From contig NC_042998.1 in assembly GCF_006345805.1 (NCBI RefSeq), positions 19,778,001-19,842,000 on the forward strand: DNA of 64,000 bases. Reading direction: 5' to 3'. The translations under genes and the position numbers were made by a program. Every line of letters begins with the position of its first letter. Position 1 is the stretch's first letter. Source of the stretch: Octopus sinensis (lineage: Eukaryota). The notes below the pieces were generated by a model. The model had not been told where the DNA came from and did no database searches. It worked only from the letters and a program-made list of their open reading frames with translations. Below are positions 51,016 to 63,543 of the stretch, one piece after another.

Positions 51016-52319
51016 TATATATTTTGCCCCAGGGATTTGAAAAACATATCTGAAGTGCTACCGAAAATATTTTTTTATTGGTGCTTTATGATAATTACGG
51101 GGTGTTAAGATGATATGATGATTTTGTCATAACACAGTATATGTTGTGACATACGGAAGGACAAGGTCTTCCGAATATATATTTCTGTTGTTCTATGTCA
51201 CGTGTTTGACTGGTATTGCGGGGATAAAATATTTCAACCATCTCACTGTATAACAGTATCTGAACATTCTTCAGTTATTGAACATACGTCATTAAAGCAC
51301 TGTTATTAACTGCTCTTTATCGCCCACACGAGCATTCTCAGGTATGGCAATATATATCACCTTGGTTCCCTTTATTCACTACAACAATGCCTGATCTTTG
51401 AGCATCAATTTCCGAGTCACACTGAATTGTAAAATCCTGTAAGATTTTATAATCATTATACGTGGAGACACTTCTACTTCATGTTCGTACCACTTCCGTC
51501 TTCATTTCAAGCTCGTATTTCTCACATAAACTCCAGCTACGTTATCACGATTCCTTACGCTCCGTTAAGTGGGTTCGACTATACGTAACATGCTCTTTTA
51601 GGTATAGTCACAGCCACCTGTCATGATTATAGAAATGGTGGCAGTAAATGTAATGTGACCGACAAAAACAGATTGGGTAAGGAGAGTAAGGGAGTCGGGG
51701 TAGAGGAGCATGTGTATAACTACGCGGTTGTATACCAAAAAAAGTGGTGTGTTGGTTTCGCATAACAAGCGAGGGAAGATCGTGTTGTTACTGTGTCTCA
51801 AGAGAAACTCCAACCGAATATGACTAATAGAGATTCAGGAGAGAGTGATGGCGAACATAACCGAATTATCACTAAGAGAGTCGAACGACTGAGACGGATA
51901 GTGTTGCAATATAGAGAAGTTTAAATATTTCGAAGACAGGACTGTTTTTAAATTAAAAAAAAATAACAAAGGAAGAAGTAAAAGTAAAGAAATTAGCTTA
52001 ATTTACAAGGAGGTAATGTAGATATTTCCATATATACTGTCATTATTGAGGTCTTGAACCAGCTGGTTTTAGTCAGCATGGGAATTCAAAATTTAGAAAA
52101 ATATATCACCGAAGGAGATGGATTTTTTAGTTAGATTTGAAGCTACTGTGCTACTGTGTTAGGAGAAATAAAACAAACATCAACAACATCACTGAGAGGG
52201 AGTGAGAAAGAGAGAACAGAATATAATTATATTATTATTGAGTGTAATGCAGCGCACGCCATCAAAGTGGCACTGAAGTACAAATATACGAAGCTCAATA
52301 TACACCTCACGACAACCTA

Positions 52320-52737
52320 TCTGATAAGGGTACATCAAGAGCATTCAACACAACCGTACATGCGATACATGGTGATCTCATATCAAGATAAACAGCGCAT
52401 GACCTTCAAGGTGAGGCCCAGTTAGAATGGGCATGTCGAGTTGCCCATCCCGCTCAAAAGGTCCCTGAGTAACGGTTGCTTAACGATGATGAATGAAACA
52501 TACATGTAGCCAGGCGTGAAATATTCAAACGCCAAAGAATTCCCCCTCAACACATGGCTATGATGCAGCTCCAGTACTCCTGCTCGTGATCAAAGCTGTA
52601 CATATTTTCAGCCAATAAGGGATACGTTCCACTAGTTAATGACGAGCAATTAACAGAACAATGTACATGATAACATTTCCAATCAGTTAAGATGAGAAGC
52701 CATGAGAGCCACTACCTCGTACTGCATCAGGACATTT
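52320..52737 (+). mobile_element. Probable non-LTR retrotransposon 3' segment leading into an (ATT)n tail
   Basis: GC-richer block ending ...GAAGCCATGAGAGCCACTACCTCGTACTGCATCAGGACATT directly followed by (ATT)n; single copy in this window, so recognition rests on recall of a common octopus repeat. Confidence 0.45.
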
Positions 52738-52771
52738 ACTATTATTATTATTATTATTATTATCATTATTA

Positions 52772-52806
<35 letters not shown>

Positions 52807-52818
52807 CATCATCATCAC

Positions 52819-52866
<48 letters not shown>

Positions 52867-52892
52867 CATCATCACTATTATTATTATTATTA

Positions 52893-52929
<37 letters not shown>

Positions 52930-53044
52930 CATTATATTATTATTATTATTAATATTATTGTTATTATTATTGTTATTATTATTATTGTTATTATTATTAT
53001 TATTATTATCATTATTACTATTATTGTTATTATTGTTGTTGTTG

Positions 53045-53081
<37 letters not shown>

Positions 53082-53107
53082 CATTATTATTATTATTATT
53101 ATTATTA
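52738..53107. repeat. (ATT)n/(ATC)n/(GTT)n trinucleotide array, 370 bp
   Basis: Directly visible. Confidence 0.97.
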
Positions 53108-53244
53108 CAGCATCCCATAAGTCATTTCCTTGTATTTTATTCTGTCTCTTTCTCTCCGTCGCACACACACGCATACCAATCTCTGTATAAGTTGTTATTT
53201 TTCCTAGAGATACTTAAATTTCGCTGAGCGATTTTTTCTCTTTT

Positions 53245-53276
<32 letters not shown>

Positions 53277-54074
53277 CGCTGACTGAATCACGGTTTGAAG
53301 GAATAGATATGACAACGTCATTTCGACCGTATGATTTTGGCTTAGATTTGCTTATGAATTCCTACTCTGACAAATTAATTCAGAATGTTTCAACAATTTT
53401 CGCTTTCATTCACTGAAATAACATTTAATATGCTAAATATTATTAGTTGCTTGTACTAACTTTACAATACTGTATTCTGCTTACTAATTTTACGCTGTCA
53501 TTCCCGCCTGGCATATAGCTACCGATGGCAACTGATCGATAAATAATCAATAAAAACGTACTTACCTATGTAGTTTTCAATAAGTGTTGTATTTAATGCC
53601 TGTCTACACGTCCATTTAGCTGACCTATATTTTTCATACGAGTTGTGCTTCTCTACTTTTGCTATTAATTTAATACTAAATCCACGTCAACGTATCAATT
53701 ATTCTCCTTTTAATGGTTATCCCACCATCTTATCGATACAAATGGAAAAGAATAAAAAACATTTCAAGTGTGAGGAAAGCTAGAAAATTGATTTGTATAT
53801 AAACTCATCCATTCGAATTTTTGTCGTCGTTCAATAGAACGAAACTGATGAAAATTGCGGGGAAATGTGTACCAAAGTCCGCTGTATCATCAAATAACGG
53901 AAATATTAGGCAAAGTAGATTCAGATCGTAATAGGATAATCATGGCTGAATTGCCTTTAATCTGGTCTGCTAAATCAGAGTTGACGGGAGGCTGAGAAAC
54001 ATACATGATGGTTGATATGAAACACCATCAAGAATATATTGCTTTATAATATGAGCAGAAGGTCTGCTACTTCA

Positions 54075-54228
54075 GGGGGTGGGGGACTGGTACACATGTC
54101 ATCGACCTCGAAAGGCTGAAATGAAAAGTCGACCACGGCAGAATTTGAGTTCAAAACAAGAAGACTCACAAAATACCTCTAAACTATTTTGTTCAGCGTA
54201 CCAACAGATCTGCCGCTTTCACCGTCAA
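54075..54228 (-). mobile_element. Old SINE B-type fragment
   Basis: ACTGGTAC...ATCGACCTCGAAAGGCTGAAATGAAAAGTCGACCACGGCAGAATTTGAG matches the B body. Confidence 0.7.
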
Positions 54229-54278
54229 AATAATGCACCGTGTTGTATAATTATACATATATATATATATATATATAT

Positions 54279-54339
<61 letters not shown>

Positions 54340-54997
54340 ATGCTTGTGTATGTGTGCGCATGTGATCACTATTCGCTCAAATATAATTGGTGTTTTACCA
54401 TTAGCCTTTTGATTTATGGCGTTGTTACTTTTCAGTGATACTATTTAGTTTGTAGGAAAATCTTGATCGAGTCAATGCATCATCAAAGGAAAGCCAGCCA
54501 CGGCCCTCACGTTTCTTTATAAATAATCAATCTCACCAACCTCGAAATCATTACAAATGATGTATATTGACACGAAGGTGTGCGACGTAAAATATGATTT
54601 GGGACCAAATTTAACAATACACACCTTCTTCTATTGAAGGCCTTGGAACGGAATTAGAGATATAGTCCACTGCGAAAGTTTTGTAGTCCAAATGTTGCGG
54701 TTCAATCTCTGTCGTTGGCTTCCGAAAACTTGTTCACATATGTCAAGTTGGATTTTACAATGAAGTAAACCAACAAATATAATTAAATCTAGAAATATTT
54801 TTTTTAGAATAATCCTACGGTATTGAACACATAGATGGATGACGACTAATACATAAGTCGGAGAATAGGCGTGAAATCTTGCATGCATTACTTTCAGCTC
54901 CCCTTACTGTTTCTTTCAAGGTAAGTTGATTTTGCAAGGTTTAACTGATATTTTGCTGTTCAAAGAAGACTCCATAAGTAACTAGTAACGACCTCTC

Positions 54998-55906
54998 TCC
55001 AAATGAGTCGCTACCAGGACGACATTTTGTTTCGTGGTGTTAAGTACCTGAAGGTAAAATGTTTAGCCCCCAAGGACATTCATGCTGACATCGTAGCCAT
55101 ATTAAGAGATGACATCCAGATTTATCAGTAGTACAAAATTGAGCAACTCAATTAAAGAGGGAATGGGAATCCTGAAAATGGCCCAAAGTCTAGATATCCA
55201 GCAACTGCCATCGCTTCTGACACCTATTCACAATCTCAACAGGCCGATCACATCACGGCAAAATCTGATATTGTTTGAACCAGTTCCAACTGGTTTACTT
55301 GAACGTCTTCTAAGCCAGTATGAATGTTGGCTTCATAACTATGATCCAGCGAGAAAGAGACAATATATTGTTATGTCGTACATTCGGATGACCGCTACTC
55401 ATCTCGCCTCTACTACTCTTCTAGTCTCTGCTATTCACTGACGTCTAGACCTCTCCGTCTATATCTACGTATTGGGCTAGTCTACTTTATTGTCTGAGGG
55501 CGTCGACACAACAGATATACAGAGGGAACGCCCGAGTTCCACACCAATGGAGCGAATTATACAATATTGCTTAGGCAGTTATGAAAGGCTATCGAAACAA
55601 AACAGGAAAACTAAGGAAAGTAGTCTTGCTCCAGTACACAAGTCCTTGTTTTTAATAGCTGCCTTGCATGTCCGTGACTTTGAGCTGGTTGATCGTCCTC
55701 CCTATTTCCATGAGTATAATTTATTCCCTAACATAGAAAATATAAAAACACTCTGCTGGGAAAAAAAATTATCGTAGTTATGATATCGTACCTACTATTG
55801 AAAATTCTTTTAACCAACAAGATGAAAACTTCAACAATGAGATCCAAGTATGCAACACCGATGGAAGAAGAAGTGTTGGTCGCAAGTTGTCCATGTTGAG
55901 AAATAA
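54998..55906 (+). pseudogene. Second mariner transposase relic, internally deleted and interrupted by a solo LTR
   Basis: FRGVKYLKVKCLAPKDIHADIVAIL (N-terminal HTH), ECWLHNYDP (DETW-like), APVHKSL...FELVDRPPY...NLFPNI and a C-terminus ending GTTGAGAAATAA. Confidence 0.85.
55369..55513 (-). mobile_element. Solo LTR, same family as 18447 and 38711
   Basis: Reverse complement reads TGTTGTGTCGACGCCCTCAGAC...CGACATAACA; flanks TATAT/GATAT (4/5 TSD). Confidence 0.88.
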
Positions 55907-56011
55907 ACCATAAACTTCATTTGCTCATGCTCCATGAAAATATGTAGCTCAGCCTAAGAAGTCGTTCACTGACACTCGCATATTATGTGTGTGCGAATGT
56001 ATGCATGTACT

Positions 56012-56050
<39 letters not shown>

Positions 56051-56075
56051 CTTTATTTAAAGCAGCAGAAAATTC

Positions 56076-56129
56076 AACAAAATTTGTTACTCTGAGTTTC
56101 TCGTTGCCGTTCATCAGACAGTTTTTGCT
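56076..56129 (-). ncRNA. Minimal type-I hammerhead-ribozyme-like motif, canonical core, GUA site
   Basis: AGCAAAAACUGU-CUGAUGA-ACG GCAA CGA-GAAA-CUC A GAG-UA-ACAAAUUUUGUU; stem I pairs 10/12. Lies in a ~180-bp segment (56051-56230) flanked by (TA)n. Confidence 0.65.
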
Positions 56130-56229
56130 AGAATGGAACCGATATATCAATTCAATCCAGACTCTTACAAACGCTACACCTTTAAAAAAAATGGACTTGT
56201 TTGATTGGCCCTTTAGAAATACGGTCAAT

Positions 56230-56238
56230 CTTCGAGCG

Positions 56239-56275
<37 letters not shown>

Positions 56276-56471
56276 AGATATAAATATATATATATATATA
56301 TATACATTATACTATATATATATATACATATAATATATATATATATATATCATACATATATATATAGATATACATATATATATAATACATATATAATATA
56401 TTATACATAATATATATATATAATATATAACTATAATATATATAATATACATCATATATAAATATATATAC

Positions 56472-56502
<31 letters not shown>

Positions 56503-56806
56503 ATCTATATATATATATACATATATTATATATATAATATATATACATATATATATAATATATACATATATATAATACATATATACATATATATATATAT
56601 AATTATATATATATATAATACTATAATATATATATATCTATATATAATATATTATAAATATATATATATACATACATATATATATATATATACATCTATA
56701 TATATACATATATATCTATATATATACATATATATATATAATATATTTATACATATATATATATATAATATATAATACATACATATATATATATTATATA
56801 CATACA

Positions 56807-56842
<36 letters not shown>

Positions 56843-56915
56843 CATATATATAATATACATATATATATATATACATATTATATATATATATCTATATATA
56901 TATATATATATATAT

Positions 56916-56952
<37 letters not shown>

Positions 56953-56974
56953 CTATATATATATATTATATACA

Positions 56975-57012
<38 letters not shown>

Positions 57013-57026
57013 CATATATAATATAT

Positions 57027-57118
<92 letters not shown>

Positions 57119-57126
57119 ATATAATA

Positions 57127-57169
<43 letters not shown>

Positions 57170-57172
57170 TCC

Positions 57173-57243
<71 letters not shown>

Positions 57244-57295
57244 ATATATGTGTGTGTGTGTGTGTGTGTTTGCATGTGTTTGAGTGTATGTGTTT
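56230..57295. repeat. About 1-kb degenerate (TA)n array
   Basis: Directly visible; irregularities may partly be sequencing or assembly error. Confidence 0.97.
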
Positions 57296-58206
57296 GTGCA
57301 AGCATGAATATGTATATGTACCACGAGTGCTAGTTTGTATACATCACCGAAGAAGCTTTACATAAACATACGTATATGCATTGTAATACAAGGAATTAGA
57401 ATGAACAGGTTTAAAAGCAAATCACTACAACCGTTTCTGTGCATTTGCATTTAGTAGTCCATGCTCGTCGAGGAGCTTTGGGAAACATGTTATGAGATAA
57501 TTATTCAGATGAAATTAAATTATAAATGTATTATACATAGACATATACATTAGTGTATGTGTGTATGTGTGTGCAGAGAGAGAGAGAGGAAATGAAGGGA
57601 GGGAGAGAGAGAAACAGAATGAGACAGAGATACAGAGATATATACGTGAAATGGTTTTCCCAATAAATCTTACCTTTCTGTATTGTACTGCATGTTTAAG
57701 CTTTACAATTGTTTCTGGTCGTAATGAATTACACTACCTGTGCGTTTTATTTGTCCATATCGGCCTTCTATTCATGTAATTGTTACCCATGTATAATTTA
57801 CAAATTTCATCTTTTTTGTATTCATCTGCTAGCTTCATTTACGACTTACATTTTATGTCACAAGTAAATTTTATTCTTCTCCAACAAACAGGATACGGAC
57901 TTCCATAATGTCGTCTTCGGAAAAATTATTTAAGAAGACGTGTTTTATATGTTTAGAAATTCTAATATTCATTCATAAATTTGGTCGTGCTGCTTTTCTT
58001 GTTTTTTGGAAAAAAAAAACACATGTGAGCGCATCACGAATGTATATCATGAAAATTAATGCGAAAATTAATTTGCCCTTGCGGAAACCTGCGTAGAAAT
58101 TAGATTTCCAGAAGTCACTGCTACTGTAACGTGAAGTAATCTTGTATACACACACACACACACACATGCATACATACATACATACATACATACATACATA
58201 CATACA

Positions 58207-58238
<32 letters not shown>

Positions 58239-58318
58239 CTCTCACACACACTCGAATATATCATATATATAATGAATTATGTACATTACGTATGCAAAGT
58301 ATGTATATATATATGTAT

Positions 58319-58362
<44 letters not shown>

Positions 58363-59777
58363 ATCATATATATGGAGAGTGAGAGAGAGAGAGAGAGAGA
58401 GAAAGAGAAAGAGCGAGGGAGAAATGCGTAAATATGCGTACGCGTATGTGTGTGCATGTGTATGTGTGTTGTGTTTTTGATAGATTTTTGAAAGATGTGA
58501 ACGTATGAACTGAATGATAAATATATCGTTAAGCTAAATATATTTAGCATTTCTTATAAACTTTTTATCCGTTTCTTAAGAATCCAATTCACCTAATTAT
58601 TTCTTTCCTATAAAATGCATATTTTTTTTATATATTATTGTTATTTGTCTTCAAAACGAAAAAAGAAGCCGAAAGTAGTATTTCATATTGACAACATATT
58701 ATCGAAATATCAACTCACACACTCGACAGTCAAGTGCAACCTTAAGATCTAGGGAAATGACAATTTTAAGAATTCTTGTAACAGTCTTCTTATAAATATA
58801 TATATAATTTACTTTCTATCTAATATGTTTACTAAGGGATTATTATATTTAATCCGCTGTGCACTTCTTTATATTATATATTAATATCTTTCAAATGCAT
58901 TTAGAAATCAATATCAATTAAGAATTATGCTTTTCACTTTTTATTTTATATTTTAGAGATAATTATACCATCAGGAATAATTTATTTACTGTGTGAGTTC
59001 TGTTGGGATATATTGATTTCATTCGTATAAAATTATTGGTTCCATGGGACAACATACGCGTTTGTCTAATGACAAACCTTCTTTATGAGTTTAAAATGAA
59101 ATTAGAACTTATTTCAATGCTTATGCTAGGTCCGTATACGGATCTCTACAGTCATATTAGCAAATCGATGTTCGATAAAAGCAATAGATTTGAAAAATGA
59201 ATGACTAACTGAATGCCTGAATGTTGCCTAATATATTTTCCTACACAATACATCTGAAGTCACATACCCCACAAAACCATGCATAATGAGTGTTTGTTTA
59301 TGCGTAGGCGTGTATGTGTGTTCGTGCGTCAGTTTATCTGTCTGCGGTCCCACAGATTCTTTTTTTTAGAAACTAGACATAGGTGGATGATTGCTTGACA
59401 TAAGAAGAGTAGGAATTCAGAATGTGCTGTTAGGATCGGGTTCACGGCATGTTGTAATACTTCATCATACAATAGGTACTGAAGACTCCAAGGGCGTATA
59501 AAACTCCTGTACATTACAATATCTATCATACTATACTTACCTTAATGCCTACTAATTATATATATATATATAAATATATATATGTGTGTGTGTGTGTGTA
59601 TGTGTATATATATATGTGTGTGTTATATATATATGTGTGTGTGTGTGTATATGTATATATGTATATATGCATATATGTATATATATATTTATTTATATAT
59701 ATATATATGTTATGTATATATGTATATATATATTATATAGATATATATATATATATAATATATATATATATATATTA

Positions 59778-59808
<31 letters not shown>

Positions 59809-59865
59809 AATATATATATATGAATAAATGAATAAATGGAGTTGAACGAAGATGTTAATAAATTT

Positions 59866-59960
59866 CCTTTACTTTTTGACATTTGTTTCGAAGACAACAT
59901 GGTTTTATTCCAGAGGAATAAACGGTGTAAGATGCAATCTTCTCATCAGGAAAGAAAGGG
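59866..59960 (-). ncRNA. Type-I hammerhead-ribozyme-like motif, canonical core, GUC site, extended stem II
   Basis: CUGAUGA (59949-59943), stem II GAAGA/UCUUC with internal 8-bp hairpin UUUAUUCC/GGAAUAAA, GAAA (59889-59886), C-AAAU-G, GUC (59880-59878), imperfect stem I CCUUUCUUUC/AAAAAGUAAAGG. Confidence 0.7.
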
Positions 59961-60251
59961 AGCCTCTCTCAACAACAAGACAATATAATTACGATGACTG
60001 CCTACATGATAAACAAAAAAACACACAAATTTCTGCACATGAACCCGGAGTTTCTACCTTTTGATAGGTCGCTTCAACCGTGTTTCTGACGTGAATTTGC
60101 TTCCCTGGTATCGGTTTATCGAATTTTCTATGTTGACGGTAAACATAGGATAATTCATTCACCCATCGAAAAAAAAATATATATATATATATATTACGGA
60201 GATGTACTTGCATAGCAAATGATTTGATCTGAGATCGTGTGCTGGAACGAA

Positions 60252-60400
60252 AACAATTGCAGCGTGGAAGGGTGTTTTTGTAAGCCATTTAAGAAACACA
60301 CAAAAGCCGTTCGATTGACATCAACATTTAAGTTTAATTTGTCAAAATATTTTCGTCGCTATAAGACCGCGACCTGTTCGTGACAAAAATCCGTGCTGCA
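60252..60400 (-). repeat. Second copy of the 50.5-50.7 kb repeat, with a decayed hammerhead-like fold at 60338-60387
   Basis: AACAATTGCAGCGTGG, CCATTTAAGAAACACAC and CAAAATATTTTCGTCGCT are shared with 50528-50680. Confidence 0.9.
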
Positions 60401-60412
60401 TCCGTTGTTATA

Positions 60413-60507
<95 letters not shown>

Positions 60508-60524
60508 TTTGTGAAATATTTAAA

Positions 60525-60700
60525 TGGCCGCCATATTATCTGGTAGAAGGGGTCAAAGAATGTATTCTAGAAAACGCTAAGGTTATAAACGCTAATTACA
60601 ATAGGAAGCGCTAATATAATTATTACAGAAGAACATTATTTTTGCACTGCATGACTGTATAATTGCAATATACTTTGGTTGGCAAGTAGTGGAAACAGTA

Positions 60701-60703
<3 letters not shown>
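60525..60703. mobile_element. Isolated terminus of a Chapaev/CMC-like element (ends GTAGTG)
   Basis: 60579-60703 is an inverted copy of 60746-60876; the terminus reads CACTAC on the minus strand. Confidence 0.65.
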
Positions 60704-60748
<45 letters not shown>

Positions 60749-60875
60749 TACTCTCCACTGCTTACTAACCAAAGCATATTGCAATTATACAGGGTCGTAT
60801 AGTGCAAACAAATTGGTGTTCATTTCTCATATTAATTATATTAGTTCTCCGTATTGTAATTAGCGTTTATAACCT

Positions 60876-60952
<77 letters not shown>

Positions 60953-61312
60953 AGTAGATAGATAGATAACCATATATAAATTCATATATATAGAAATATA
61001 TTTAAAGGGAGACATTATATATTTTGTTATAACGTTATAATTAAAATAAACTGAGAAAATTATAAATAGAAAGAGAGCACTCGCTGGCATAATTTTTTAT
61101 TGGCTCTATGGTATCTTTTGTTCTGAATATATATGAAAAATAATGAGTCATTGTCTTTTTATTCTTTTATTCACATCAAGTTGTCGAGGTATACGGAAAC
61201 GTTACTTTTCCTCTTTTTGTTTAAAATAAGTAAATGGTAAATTAAAATGCTCAACTTATATTGATTTAAATGTTAAATCTAATATAGTTTTCTTTATTTT
61301 CAGTTTGCGAAT

Positions 61313-63028
61313 ATGTCTAGAGGCTGCATCCATTCACCAGATATATTCTGCTATGTCTACAGGCAATTCACGCTTTCAAATTTCCGGGGCAATATCACTC
61401 CTTTGTTGAAGCCCTGCTATTTAGCTTAGTTTGGCTGCAAACTGGGAGACCAGAACCAGCCATTCGCACTTGACAAAACTTGCATGAGTTCCATCAGTAA
61501 GCTTTAAGTGTGGTCAGATGGAAAACTTCAATGTATGCCCTTTGGAGTACCAATGGTATGGCGGGAGCAGATGAGCCACTACGATGACTGCTACTTTGGA
61601 TTCAACAAGAAGACTAAAGATCGCATAATATACCCAAATATTCCTTCAGCCATAAGACGTGTTCCAAACTCAGATGATATTCCTGTGTCTGTGCCACCTG
61701 AGACACGGGAAATTACATCAGCCTGATACTAGTGATACTAATGAGATGGAAGTAGACTATGAGCCGCCAACGAATGACGATCCTAAATCCTACAACCAAG
61801 TTAAGCCCAATGACTTGGTTACAGACCTTAACCTTCCACATAAAGTGCACAGTTACTTGGCTCTGGACTGCAGTAACACAGGCTTCTAACTCATGGAACA
61901 AAGTTCGCTTGGTATCGTCCTTGTAAAGCGGAATTCCTCTCAGTACTTTGAGCAAAAGGATTCTTTAGCTTTCAGTTCTGTTCAAATATTTCAGGCCTTA
62001 TTGAACACATGCAGATGTCGCAAAAAGCAGATGAATTGATGCTCATCATTGATTCTTCTAACAGAGGTTTAAAGGCTGTTCTTCTCTACAATGGCATCAC
62101 AGCGGCACCTGTACCAATTGGCCATAGTGTCCATATGCCAGAAACTTATGAAAATATGAAGACAATAGTAACTGCAATGAGGTACCATAGTCACAATTTT
62201 CTCATTTGTGGTGATTTAAAAGTTATTGCTCTCTGGCTAGGTCTTCAAGGGGGATACGCTAATTATCGCTGTTTTCTGTGTCTTGGGGATACTAGCGGAG
62301 ACAGCCAGGACTCTTACCAAAAAGCGTGGCCACTAAGAACAAGCAACGTGAAAGCTGTGCTACTAGGTGGACCCCCCAAAATCTGTTGCCACTTCTCCTA
62401 GGGCTTATGAAAAATTTTGCTAACAATGAAGCTGCTTTCAAGTTCTTGGAGTCAAAGTTACCTCGTTCAAGTGAAGGCAAACCAAAAGCATGAATCTTTG
62501 TTAGCTCTCAGATTCGGGAACTAAAGAGAAACATTAGTAAGTGTTCCTTCTAGCCGGTGTCGGAGGGAATGTCTGGTTTTCCTTAGTTAAATATATATAT
62601 GTATATATATATGCATATATATATATATTATATATGCATTATATATATATTATATTATATATATATATTATATATATATGCATATATATATCTATAGCAT
62701 ATATATATCTATATATGCATATATATATATTATGCATATATATATATATATATATATGCATATATATATATGCATATATATATATATATATATATGCAAT
62801 ATCTATATAATGCATATATATGCATTATATTATATATGCATATATATATATATTATATATGCATATATATATATATGCATATATATATATATATATATAT
62901 TTATACATACATATATATATATATTTATACATACATATATATATTATAATATATATATATTAATTTATACATACATATAATATATATATATTATTGATAC
63001 ATAGTATATATATATATATATAAATATA

Positions 63029-63064
<36 letters not shown>

Positions 63065-63386
63065 TATATTTATATATATTTATACATACGTATATATATA
63101 TATATATATATAAATATATATTTATATTATATATATATATTATATATAAATATATATTTATATATATATTTATACATACGTATATATATTATATTATATA
63201 TATATTTATACATACGTTATATATATATATATTATATATATATATATATAATATATATTTATATATATATTATACATACATTATATATATATAATATATT
63301 ATCACATACATATATATATTATTATTATATACATATATATATATATATATATTTATACATCTATATATATATCATATATATTTATC

Positions 63387-63418
<32 letters not shown>

Positions 63419-63505
63419 CTATATATATTTATACATATATATATATATATATAATATCTATATATACATATATATATATTTATACATATATATATATATA
63501 TATCA

Positions 63506-63543
<38 letters not shown>

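Noticed and set aside
52687-53227. Poly-Asn/Ile/Tyr/Leu ORFs
   Set aside because: Translations of the (ATT)n array.
57425-57476. Further hammerhead-like string (UCGACGA-GCAU...AUGC...GAAACGGU, minus strand)
   Set aside because: Core altered, stem II not adjacent to GAAA and no stem I; at most a heavily decayed relic.
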